This document shows positions 1-9,684 of a DNA stretch of 64,000 bases, one piece after another. The stretch is from Scenedesmus sp. PABB004. Lineage: Eukaryota. The notes under the pieces were generated by a model. That model did no database searches. It saw only the letters and a list, made by a program, of their open reading frames with translations, and had not been told where the DNA came from. The DNA lies in NCBI GenBank assembly GCA_014905635.1, contig CM026547.1, forward strand, positions 2,914,001 through 2,978,000, read 5' to 3'. Position numbers and translations under genes: made by a program. Numbering within the stretch: position 1 is the stretch's first letter; every line of letters starts with the position of its first letter.

Positions 1-1246
1 GCGCGCGGCCTGGCGGAAGAGGTCGCGCAGCGTCCACTGCGTCTCGGGGTCGCGGAACGACGCCACGCTCACAAAGATGCGCGGCGCCGCAGGGCCCCCG
101 GGCGGCGGCGCGCGGGGTGCGGGCAGCGGCGGCGCGGCCGCGAGCGGCAGTGCCGCGCCGCCGCGCTCGCCGCCCTCGCCGCCCTCGCCCGCCGCGCCCG
201 CGCCGCCGCCGGAGCCCGCGCCGCCGGCGGCGTAGAAGAAGGCGGTGATGGAGTAGCGGTGCCGGTGCGCGGGCAGCACCTCGTGCTGCAGGCCGGCCTC
301 AAACACGAGGACCCGCCCCGCCAGCGGCGCCACGAGCGTGGCGGGCTCGCCGCGCAGGTGCCCGAGCGGCTCGCCGCCGCCGCCGCTGTCGCCGTGCGTC
401 GCGTGGGCCGCGTTGTACAGCGCCAGCGCCCCGCCGTCGCGCTGCGGGTCCCAGCCGAGGTTGAGGTACAACAGCGCCGTCACGCTGCGCCCCGGCACCG
501 CGGCCGACGCGTCCGCGTGGCGCACGTAGCGCGCGCCGCCGCCGGGGTAGCACGCGACCTGCACGCTCACCCGCCCGCCCACGTCGTAGCTGCGGCGCGG
601 CGCGGCGCGTCGGCGGGCGCGGCGGGAGCGGCCGCCGGGCGCGGCCCGCGCGGCGCGCGGCCGCGCAGACCCACCCCTGCTGCTGCAGCTGCGACCGCAG
701 GCCGTCCAGCATCGCCACCGCCGCCGCCAGCAGCGGCGCGCCGCCCGCGGCGAGCTCGTCGGCGCTGGCCCAGCTCGCGACGTCGCCGCGCGCCGCGGCG
801 TCGGCCCAGCGCCCCCCGGCCGCCGCTGCGCCCATGCCCGGGCGCCGCCCCCGTGCCGCGAGCCAAGCCTCCGCCGCGGCCGCCACGGCCTGCGGCGCGC
901 GGCGGCGGCGGCGGCGTCTGAGCCGCGTGCGGCGGAGAGGAGCGGGCGCGCCGCCGGCAGCGAGCAGCGGTGCCCGACGTGCGCGCGCCTGCGCCTCGCC
1001 CTCCGACAGCGCGCCGTCCAGGACGCACGCCCGGGCGTCGCCCAGGAGCGGCAGCACGAGGCGCCGCCGGGCGATGGCCGTGGCCGCCGCCCCGGGCGGC
1101 ACCGCCGCGCCCGCGCTCGGCGCAGCGCCGCGCGGCGACCGCGGCGTCGCGGCGACGGCCGACGCCCCGTCGGCCGCCGCAGCGCTGACGATCTTGCGCT
1201 TGACGTTGTCGGGGAGCAGCGCCGCCAGCGCCGCGAGGTCGTCCAT
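1..1246 (-). CDS. 2OG-Fe(II) prolyl 4-hydroxylase (EGLN/PhyA-like) fused in frame to the N-terminus of a GT60 (Gnt1-like) GlcNAc-transferase; 3' end runs off the window
   Basis: ATG at 1246; probable introns 988-890 (GC-AG, in frame) and 674-590 (GT-AG). The last exon reads VQVACYPGGGARYVRHADAS...VTALLYLNLGWDPQRDGGAL...VAPLAGRVLVF...HEVLPAHRHRYSITAFFY (HxD...H...R), then a Gly/Ala/Pro linker and, same frame with no stop, RIFVSVASFRDPETQWTLRDLFRQAAR (GT60 N-terminal motif). Confidence 0.8.
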
Positions 1247-1267
1247 GGCCGCGCAGCGCGCGCGCCG

Positions 1268-1335
1268 ACAGCAGCAGCGGGCGGCGCGGGCGGCGCGGGC
1301 GGCGCGGGCGGCGCGGGCGGCGCGGGCGCGGGCGC
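1268..1335. repeat. 9-bp tandem repeat (GCGGCGCGG)n upstream of the hydroxylase ATG
   Basis: About six copies of gcggcgcgg directly visible. Confidence 0.7.
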
Positions 1336-1993
1336 CAGCCACGAGGCGTGGGTCGCGGCGCAGAGCTAGGCGGCCGAGCGTGGGGCCCGACTTTTCTCCG
1401 CGCGCGCGCGACCCGCCGGCGGTTGCGGCGTGACGAGCGGCACAGCGGCGCCGCGCCGCCGCCGCCGTCCAGAGGCCTCGCCCGCCCGCGCGGAGCCCTC
1501 ATTTGTGTTCCTCCGCTGCGTCGACCGCGCCCGCCCTCGCGCCGCGACCGAGGGCAGCAGAAACGCCGAAACGCAGGCCAACGCGCCCCGCCCGGGCCAA
1601 TCCGGCGACGCCCAGCACGCGTTAGCGACTACCCCGGTCCCGACGCCGCCGCGGGCGCGCGCGCGCGCCCGGAGCAGCACCCGAGCGCTCGAGCGCGCGG
1701 CGCCGCCGCCGCCGGCGATGCGGGCATGAGGGCGCCCCGCGCCGCGGGCCAGGACACGCAGAGGTGGGCGGGGGCTCTGGGGGAGCAGCCAGCCCGCGCG
1801 GCCGCCGCCGCGGCGCGCGCCGAGCTGCAGCCAGCCCCGCGCCGGCGGCGCTGCCCCCCGCCGCCGGCGGCCGCGCCCCGGTCGCCGGCTGCCCGCGCGC
1901 GCGCGCCCCCAGCTCGCGCTCCGCGTCAGAAGCTCGGGTGCGTGCCGCGCCAGCTCACGCGCCGCGCGGCGGGGGGCCGCAGGTGCGGGCGCG

Positions 1994-4900
1994 ATGCCTC
2001 ACTTCATATGCAGGTGGCCGGGCGGCGACGTGCTGCTCGCGTCGGTGGAGAGCCGGCAGGAGCTGGACACCATCCTGCAGGTGCGCGCCCGGCGCGCGGC
2101 GCGGCGCGGCGCGGCGCGGCGCGGCGCGGCGCGGCGCGGCGGCCGGGCCAGGCTGGCGGCCGCGCGGCCGCGCGCCGCGTGCCGCAGCTCGGCGCGCGCC
2201 CGCCTGCGCTCACGCCGGCTCGCGCGCGCGCAGGAGCGCTGCGAGCCGGGCGTGTGCAAGGTCGCGCGCTACCACGGCCCGCTCGTGCTTGAGCTCAAGC
2301 CCCACGTGCCGGGCGTGTCCCAGGCTAGCGCGGAGCGCTTCACGCCGGCCCCCCCGAGCGCGCCGTTCGCGCCCGCCTGGGCCACGCGCGCCGCCGACGG
2401 CGACGTCGACCTGGTCGCCGCGGATGGCGCGCGCGAGCGCGTGCACCGCCTCGTGCTGCAGTGCCGCCTCCCGGGCCTGCGCGGCGAGCCGGTCGCGCCC
2501 GGTGTGCAGCAGGTGCGGCGCCGACGGGCGGGGGAGCTCGCCCCGCGCCCGGCGAGCCCCGCGCGGCCGCGCCTGCGGGCTCAGCGCCGCGCCGCCGCAC
2601 CGCGCGCGCGCCAGGTGCGGCTGGGCTGCGTGCCGGACGGGGGCGTGCTGCACTCCCTCGCGCACTACCTTTACCGGGACGAGCCCCCCGGCCCCGACGC
2701 GCTCACGCCCGCGCTGCACGGCGCGGCGCTCGGCGCCGGCCTGGCGCGCCTCGTGGAGCTCTGCGAGGCGCGCTTCGCGGCGGCGCTGGAGCTGCAGCTG
2801 CTGAGCTGGCAGGGTGCGTGCGCGCAGCCCGCGGGCGCGGGCGCGGGCACGGGCGGCCGCTGCGGGCGGGCGCGTGGTGCGCGGGCGCGACGCCGCCGCC
2901 GCTGCGCCGCAGGGCTGTGCGAGGCGCGGCGCTGCGTGGTGCTGGATAGCTTCATTGGCTGGACGGCGTACGCGGAGCAGCTGGGGCGCACGGAGCTGCG
3001 ACAGCTCTGTGTGCACGCGCTGGCGCGCCACGTCACCGCGGCGCAGGCCAGGTGCGGCGGGCGCGGCGGGGGCTGGCGGGCGCGTGCGCGCCCAAGGGCG
3101 GCGGCCCCGCGCGCCCCGCGCCCTGGCCGCTGACGCGCGCGTGCGCCCGCGCGCTCGCGGCGCCGCGCGCAGGCCGTCCTGGTCCAGCCTGGCGCCGGAC
3201 ACGGCGGCGCTGGTCGCGCTCGTCGCTGCCAGCACCGCGCCGCCGCTGATACACCGCCAGCTCGCGCACGACGGCTCCGCGGTGATCCCAGTGCCTGCCA
3301 ACCCCCCGCCGGGCGGCAGCGGCGGCGGGCCCGTGGTGAGCGTGGACGCCGAGGCCTTTGCGTCGGCGGGCGGGCGCATGACGAGCGCGGAGTGGCAGCA
3401 GCTCTCGTGCTTTCGCTCGGCGGTGCTGGGCAGCCTGCAGTCGCGCGACGCGAGCCCAATTGTGGTGGACCCGCAGCAGCTGGCGGGCAGCAGCCTCGGC
3501 GGCGGCGGCGCCGGCGCGGGCGCAAGGGGCGGGCAGGCGCAGGCGCACGCGCACGCGCAGGCGCCGGGCGCGCCGCACCTGTCGTTCAGCGTCAAGCAGC
3601 CGGTGCTGGGCCCGCACAAGCGCCTCATGGACAGCGTGTGCCGCTTCGCCTTCCCTGCGGTGCACACGCTGCTGGGCAACGGCTGGCAGCTCGGCGCGCC
3701 CGCGCCCGTGGGCGCGCACCCGGCGGCGCGGCAGGGGCGGGGGCTGCCCCTGCCGCCGACGCTGCCGGGGCGGCGGGCGCGGGCGCCGGCGGCGCGGCAG
3801 CCACCGTGGCGACGCCGTCGGCGGCCGGCGCGGCCGCTGGCGCTGCGGCCAGCGCGGCGGCGCTGGCGGCGGCGGCAGACGCGGCGGAGGCGGAGGCGCG
3901 GGCGGGGGCGGCCAGTGCTGCCCCCGCGAGCCTGCCGCTGCCCGTGCCCGTGCCGCCGCCCTGCCCGGCGGCGGGCGAGGCGCCAGAGGCGGGCGCGGGG
4001 CTGGCGGGCGAGAGCCCCGGGACGGCCGACGAGGAGGAGCCCAGCAGCTGCAGCACCCACGCCGCGCTGGCCGAGCAGGCCAGCGTGCGGGCGAGCAACA
4101 CCGGCGGCGGCCCCGTGGCCCCGCCGGCCGGCGGCGCGCTGCTGGGGCGCGTGCTGCGCGCGCGCGCGCCGAGCGGCCAGCCCAGCCCCGCGCGCCGTGG
4201 CATCGCGGCCGGCGCGACGCGGCTGCGGCAGTCCTGGGGCTCGGGCGCGTCGCTGGGCGCGGCCGCGCCCGAGGCGGTCGCGGCGCTGCGGCTGCTGCAC
4301 GAGGAGGAGCTGTCGGGCTCGTGGGGCTCGGGCGCGCTCAGCCGGCAGGCCAGCCTGCCGCCGCTGCAGCTTCCGGCCAGCGCGCTCGGCGGCGGCGGCA
4401 CGGGCGCGGGGCGGCAGCGCACGTCGCACGCGGAACACGACCCTAGCGCAGCGCAGCAGGGCAGGGGCTCTGAGGGGGGCGTCAGCAGCCAGCTGGGGGC
4501 GAACGGGAGTGTACAGATGCACTACACGGGACGCGGCGGCGGCGGCGCGGTGCTCGACCTGCCGGCCGCACGGCAGCCACCGCCGCCGCCGCCGGCCGCG
4601 GCCGAGGGCGAGCCCGGCGCCGGCGGCGGGCTGAGCGCGGGCGCGGCGCGCGAGGCGGCGCTGGCGGCGCTGCAGCGCGCGCTGGTGGAGGACTTTGTGC
4701 TGTATGAGGAGGCCAGCGCGGCGCGGCAGCACGTGGTGGGCATCCTGGTCGCCATCGAGCAGGGCGACGTGGCCGCCGGGCAGCGCCTGCTCGCGCCCGC
4801 GTGCGCGGAGCTCATCGCCGCCACCGCGCCCGCGGCGGTCCCCAACCGGCTCGCGCTCGCGGCGGCGCCGCCGCCGCCGCCGCCGGCGCGGGGGCCGAGG

Positions 4901-6060
4901 GCGCCGCCGCGGCCGCGGCCGGCGCCGCGGCGGCGGCGCTGCGGGCGGCGAGCGAGTACGTGCGCACCACGCGGGGCGTGGCCAAGCTGCTGGGCATGGC
5001 CAGCAGCAGCCGCGCGGCGCTGGAGCCGACGCTCGCGCAGCAGCAGCGCCAGCAGGCGCAGCTGCTGCGCGTGCTGCAGTGCGTCGCCAGCCACGTGCCG
5101 GGCCTGGACCGGCTGCTCGCGGCGCACCCGCTGGCCGCCGCAGCGGGCCTGGGGAGCGGCGGCGAGGCGCCGCGGCCGCCGGGGGCCGGCGGCGAGGTGC
5201 CCGACCTGGCCACCGCGCTGGCGGAGCTGCTGCAGCTGCCGGAGCTCGTGCACGGCCTGCAGCTGCCGGTGCTGCTCTCGCGCGAGCAGTTCCAGGCGCG
5301 CCAGGCGCAGCTGCAGGCCCTCGCCGCGCAGGCGGCCGCCGTGCTGTGCGGCGGCGGCGACGCGCCGGGCGCGGGCGCGGCCGAGGCCGGCGGCGAGGCG
5401 GGCGAGCCGCCGGTGGGCGAGCCGCCGGCGGGCAGCGCGGTCGCGGGCGCGCCGGTGGGCCCCGGCCCGCTGGCGGGCGGCGACGTCGGCCTGCAGCGCG
5501 AGCTGCAGGCCAGCCGGCTGTTTGGCAGCATCCTCGCCTCGCTGGGCGCCGCGGCGGGCGGCGGCGGCGAGGCCGCGGCGGCGGGCGCGCCCGGCGGCGG
5601 CGCGCCGCCCCACGCGCTGGCCCGCGCCGCGGCGGCGCAGCAGGGCGGCGGCGGCCTCTTCGGCGGCGGCGGCGCCGCCGCAGCGCAGGGCGGGGCGCTG
5701 GGCCTGCTCGGCGGCGCCGCGGCGCACGGCGGCGGCGGCGGCGGCGGCGGCGGTGGGTTTGCGCCGACCGGCGTCGGCGCGATGCTCGCGGGCGGGCTGC
5801 TCGCGGAGGGCGGCGTCGCGGGGGACAGCATCCTCGAGGACGTCGCGGCGGACGTCCTGCTGCACGGCGGGCGGCGCATCACCTGCCACGGCCTCTACGA
5901 GCTCTGCGCCGCGCTGGCGCGCCCCACCGGCGTCGGCAGCCCGCCGGCGGCCGCGGACGGCGCGCGGCGTGCGAGCGCAGCCGGGGACCCTGCCGCGCTC
6001 GCGGGGCAGAAGCGGCGGCTCAGCTTCGCCGACGCAGAGTCGCCGGTGCACAAGCGCTGA
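1994..6060 (+). CDS. BTB/POZ(-BACK-like) domain protein with long uncharacterised C-terminal region; multi-exon
   Basis: Exons give DGDVDLVAADGARERVHRLVLQCR...VLHSLAHYLYRD...LARLVELCEARF...AYAEQLGRTELRQLCVHAL (BTB then BACK-like). GT donors near 2081, 2512, 2814, 3052; likely GC donor at 3711; apparent 1-nt frameshift near 4860; TGA at 6058-6060. Start uncertain (ATG 1726 or 1994). Confidence 0.6.
2090..2141. repeat. (GCGCG)n pentanucleotide microsatellite in an intron
   Basis: About ten tandem copies; similar tracts in introns at ~29460 and ~54510. Confidence 0.8.
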
Positions 6061-6568
6061 GCAGGTGGGGCGCGGGGCCGGCGGCGGCCGCACACCGCCG
6101 CGGTGGAGGCAACCGAGCGTGGGCCAGATGTTTACCGCTCGCCGCCGCCGCTGGCAGTTGCAAACGTGATGGGACAGCACACGCCGCGCTGGACCCTGCT
6201 GAGCCCGTCCGCGCGGCGCCTGCATTTGCGCTCGCCCGCTGCGTCGGTCGCGCTCGCCTCGCCTCGCGCCGCGGCGCGGGGGAGGGGGGGGGGGCAGAAA
6301 CGCAGGCCAACCCGCCGCGCCCTCGCCAGCCCGGCGGCGCGCGGCGCACGGGAGCGGACGCTCCGGGCCAGTTGGCAGCTGCCTCCGCGGCAGCTGTGGG
6401 CGCGCGGTGCCACCGCAGAGGGCGCCAGGGCGCCAGGGCGCCAGGGCGCAGCTGCCGGCGGCGCGCACGCCACGCTGAGGGGCCGCGCCGGTGCGAAGGG
6501 CGCCGGCGTCCGCCAGGCGCCAGCGGAGGGGTGGTGTGTGAGGGATGGAGGATTGCCCAGCGGCGCGC

Positions 6569-6850
6569 TCAGCCGTCGTGTCGGTAGTGCTCCTCCGCGC
6601 CTGCGCAGGCGGCAGCACGCGCGGTCGGCGCCGCGGCGGCAGCGCGGGCGCCGGCGCCGCCCCCGGCGGGAGCGCGCCGGCGCGGCCGTCCTGGCTCACC
6701 GATGTCGAACATGGCGTGCGCGGTCCCCATCACGATGTAGCCCAGCACCAGGCCGCACACCAGCCCGACGCCGAGCACGAGCGCCGCCTCAGCCGGCTTC
6801 AGGCGCAGCCCCCGCGCCACCGACGAGAGCAGCGGCAGGCCCTTCTCCAT
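6569..6850 (-). CDS. Small (~60 aa) single-pass membrane protein, two exons
   Basis: GCC-ATG start; MEKGLPLLSSVARGLRLKPAEAALVLGVGLVCGLVLGYIVMGTAHAMFDIG, GTGAGC donor at ~6699, GCAG acceptor at ~6601, then AEEHYRHDG*. Strongly GC3-biased codons. Confidence 0.55.
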   Translation of the reverse strand: MEKGLPLLSSVARGLRLKPAEAALVLGVGLVCGLVLGYIVMGTAHAMFDIGEPGRPRRRAPAGGGAGARAAAAAPTARAAACAGAEEHYRHDG

Positions 6851-7161
6851 GGCGCCCGGCGCCCGCGGGCGAGGAGCGGGCCAGCGGCAGCGCGGCGCAG
6901 AGAGCAGCGGCAGCGAGTGGCGGCAGCGGCGCGGAGGCCCCGTCCAGAGACAGCGCTGGCCGGTCCGGCTGTGGGCGGAGATCGACGAGCTGGGGGGCGT
7001 GGCGAGCAGGGCGTGACTGCGCGCGCTCAGGCCCTGTCACGGCGGTTCGGCGAAACCGCCGCTGCTGTTCAGCACGCCCCGGCGCCGTCGGCCGCCAGTC
7101 CAAACACTGCAGCAGAATCAGCAGGATCAGCAGAATCAGCAGCACCAGCATCAGCAGCAGC

Positions 7162-8124
7162 ATGGCCGACGGCGCGGCGCCGCCGGAGCTCGACGCCGGC
7201 GAGCAGCGGCAGTGCGCGCTGGCTGCCGCGTTCGCGCGCCAGTTCGGCGTGCCGCCGGCAGCCGTGGCGCGCGCGCCGGGGCGGGTGAACCTGATCGGCG
7301 AGCACATCGACTACAGCGGCTTCGGCGTGCTGCCGTGCGCCATCGAGCAGGCCGCGTATGTGGCGGCCGGCTGGCAGCGTCAGCCGCAGCAGCGGGAGGC
7401 GCAGCCGGCGACGGCGGCGCTGCTGTGCGTCGCAAACGTGGCGCCGCGCTACCCCGCCGCGGCGCTGCCGCTGGACGCGGGCGCGCCGCCGCCGCCGGGG
7501 GCGCCGGCGTGGTCGGCCTACTGCCACGCAGCGTTCCGCGGCGTCGCCGAGCTCGCGGCGGCCCGGCGGCACGCGCTGCCCTGCAGCGCCGGCGACGTGC
7601 TGCTGCTGGTGGACGGCAGCGTGCCGGCAGGATCGGGGCTGTCCAGCTCGTCCGCGCTGGTCGTGGCGACCGCGCTGGCCCTGTTGGCGCTGTGGCAGCT
7701 CCCGGCCAGCCCGCACGAGGTCGCCGAGCTCACCTGCCGCTGCGAGCGCTTCGTGGGCACCCAGGGCGGCGGCATGGACCAGGCCGCCTCTCTGCTCGCG
7801 CAGCGGGGCGTGGCGCTGCACGTGCAGTTTGACCCGGTGATACGGCGCGCCTGCGCGCCCGCATGCGCCGACGCGCCTGCGCGCGACACGCGGCCGCGCG
7901 CCCGCGCGCGCCGACGCGGGCCCGCCGTCCCCCCTGGCACGGTCGCCGCCAGGTCCGCGCGAGCCCCGTGCGCCTGCCGCGCGGCGCCGTGCTTGTCGTG
8001 GCCAACAGTCTCGCGGCGTCGCTCAAGGCAGAGACGGCCGACCGCCGGTGCGGCGCGGCGCGGCGTGCCGGGGTCGGGCGCCGCACCCCCGCGCGCGGTC
8101 CGCCTGGCGCGCCGGCCACCCGAC

Positions 8125-8155
<31 letters not shown>

Positions 8156-9172
8156 GCCGCAGCTACAACCTGCGCGTGGTGGAGTGCCGGCTCGCGGCCA
8201 TGGCGCTGGCGGTGGCGCTGGGCATGCCGGCCGGCGAGGCGGCGGGCGTGACGACGCTCAAGGCGGTGGAGCCGCTCATCGCGCGCAGGCACGGCCCCGG
8301 CGCGGAGGCGCAGGCCGCCGCGGTGGCGGAGCACCTGCACGAGGGCGTGTACACGCCGGACGAGGTGCGGCGCCGGCGCGCCGCCAACCCTCGCGCGCGC
8401 CGCCGCGCCGCCGCCCCCAACCCCCCTGCCCGCGCCGCCGCCGCGACGCCGCGACGCCGCCGCAGCTCGAGGCGCTGCTGGGGCGCCCGCTGGCGTCGAT
8501 CTACGAGGGCAACGCGTCCGCGCTGCGCGTGCTGCGCGTTGTGGGGCCGGAGGGCTTCAAGCTGCGCGACCGCGCGGCGCACGTGTACGGCGAGGCGGGG
8601 CGCGTGCACGCGTTCAGGGACGTCTGCGAGGTGCGGCGGGGGCCGAGGGGGCCGGCCGCGCGAGGCGGCCGCAGGCTGGCTCGCACGCTGGCTGGCGCGC
8701 TCAGCCGCGCTCGGCCGCGCCGCGCCGCGCGTGCAGTCGGACGCGAGCGCCGACGACAAGCTCGCTTCGCTGGGGCGGCTGATGGACGCGAGCCACGCGA
8801 GCTGCGCGGAGCTCTACGACTGCAGCTGCGCCGAGCTGGACGCGCTTGTCGGCGCGGCGCGAAGCGCGGGCGCCCTCGGCGCGCGCCTCACGGGTCTGGC
8901 GCGCGCAGCCGCGGCGCGCGCACGCTGCGCGCAGCCTCGGCCGCGGGCGGCCACAAGCGCCGCCGTCTGCCGCCGCCGCCGCCGCAGGCGCGGGCTGGGG
9001 CGGCTGCGCGGTGGCGCTCGTGCGTGAGGCCGACGCGCCGCGCTTCATCGCCGCGCTGCGTGAGGCCTACTTTGCGCCGCTCGTGGCCAGGGGCGTGGTG
9101 CGCGAGGACGAGCTGGACGCTGCGCTCTTTGCGACCGCGCCGGCGGCGGGCGCGTCGGTGCTGGCGCTGTGA
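7162..9172 (+). CDS. GALK: Galactokinase (GHMP kinase, GAL1/GALK2-type), 6 exons
   Basis: ARAPGRVNLIGEHIDYSGF, VPAGSGLSSSSALV, GGMDQAAS, YNLRVVECRLA, RAAHVYGEAGRV, LMDASHASCAELYDCSC, GARLTGAGWGGC after splicing five GT-AG introns. Confidence 0.95.
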
Positions 9173-9595
9173 CCGCGCGGCCGCTGCTGGCTCCCGGGAC
9201 CGCCGCCGGCCGTCGCGCGCGCGCTGCGGGCGTTGCACCGGGCGCGTGCGTGAGGGCCCGCGCCCGGCTGCCGTCAAACGGTCAACAAGGCACGCGCGGG
9301 CCACACGAAAGCAGCAGCAAGTGCGGGCCAGGGGGGGAAAAGACCTGGCCGCTGATGCGCGCGGCGGCACGCGCGTCGCGCAGCGCGAGCAGCCGCCTGT
9401 ACACGCTGCGCACACGCACACACCTGGCTATGCACACAGAGGAAATGCCGGCGCCGGCGGCGCTGCCGCCAGCGGCGCCGGCGCGACCGGCGCGCCGCGC
9501 CGACTGTCTGCTACCCCGCCGCCCGCCCCCGCCCGCCCCGGAGCGCCTAGCGCCCCCCGCCGCCCGCCTGCCCCCGCCCCGCCCCGTCGCCGCTG

Positions 9596-9672
9596 CCGCC
9601 GCTGGGGCGCGGCCGCCGCTGGGGCGCGGCCGCCGCTGGGGCGCGGCCGCCGCTGGGGCGCGGCCGCCGCTG
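9596..9672. repeat. 17-bp minisatellite (GCTGGGGCGCGGCCGCC)x4+ in the BSL1 3'UTR
   Basis: Four perfect copies at 9601-9668 plus partial flanking copies. Confidence 0.85.
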
Positions 9673-9684
9673 CGGCGGCGGTGC

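Noticed and set aside
9596..9672. 17-bp repeats as a CRISPR-like array
   Set aside because: Head-to-tail with no spacers, in a eukaryotic 3'UTR; an ordinary minisatellite.
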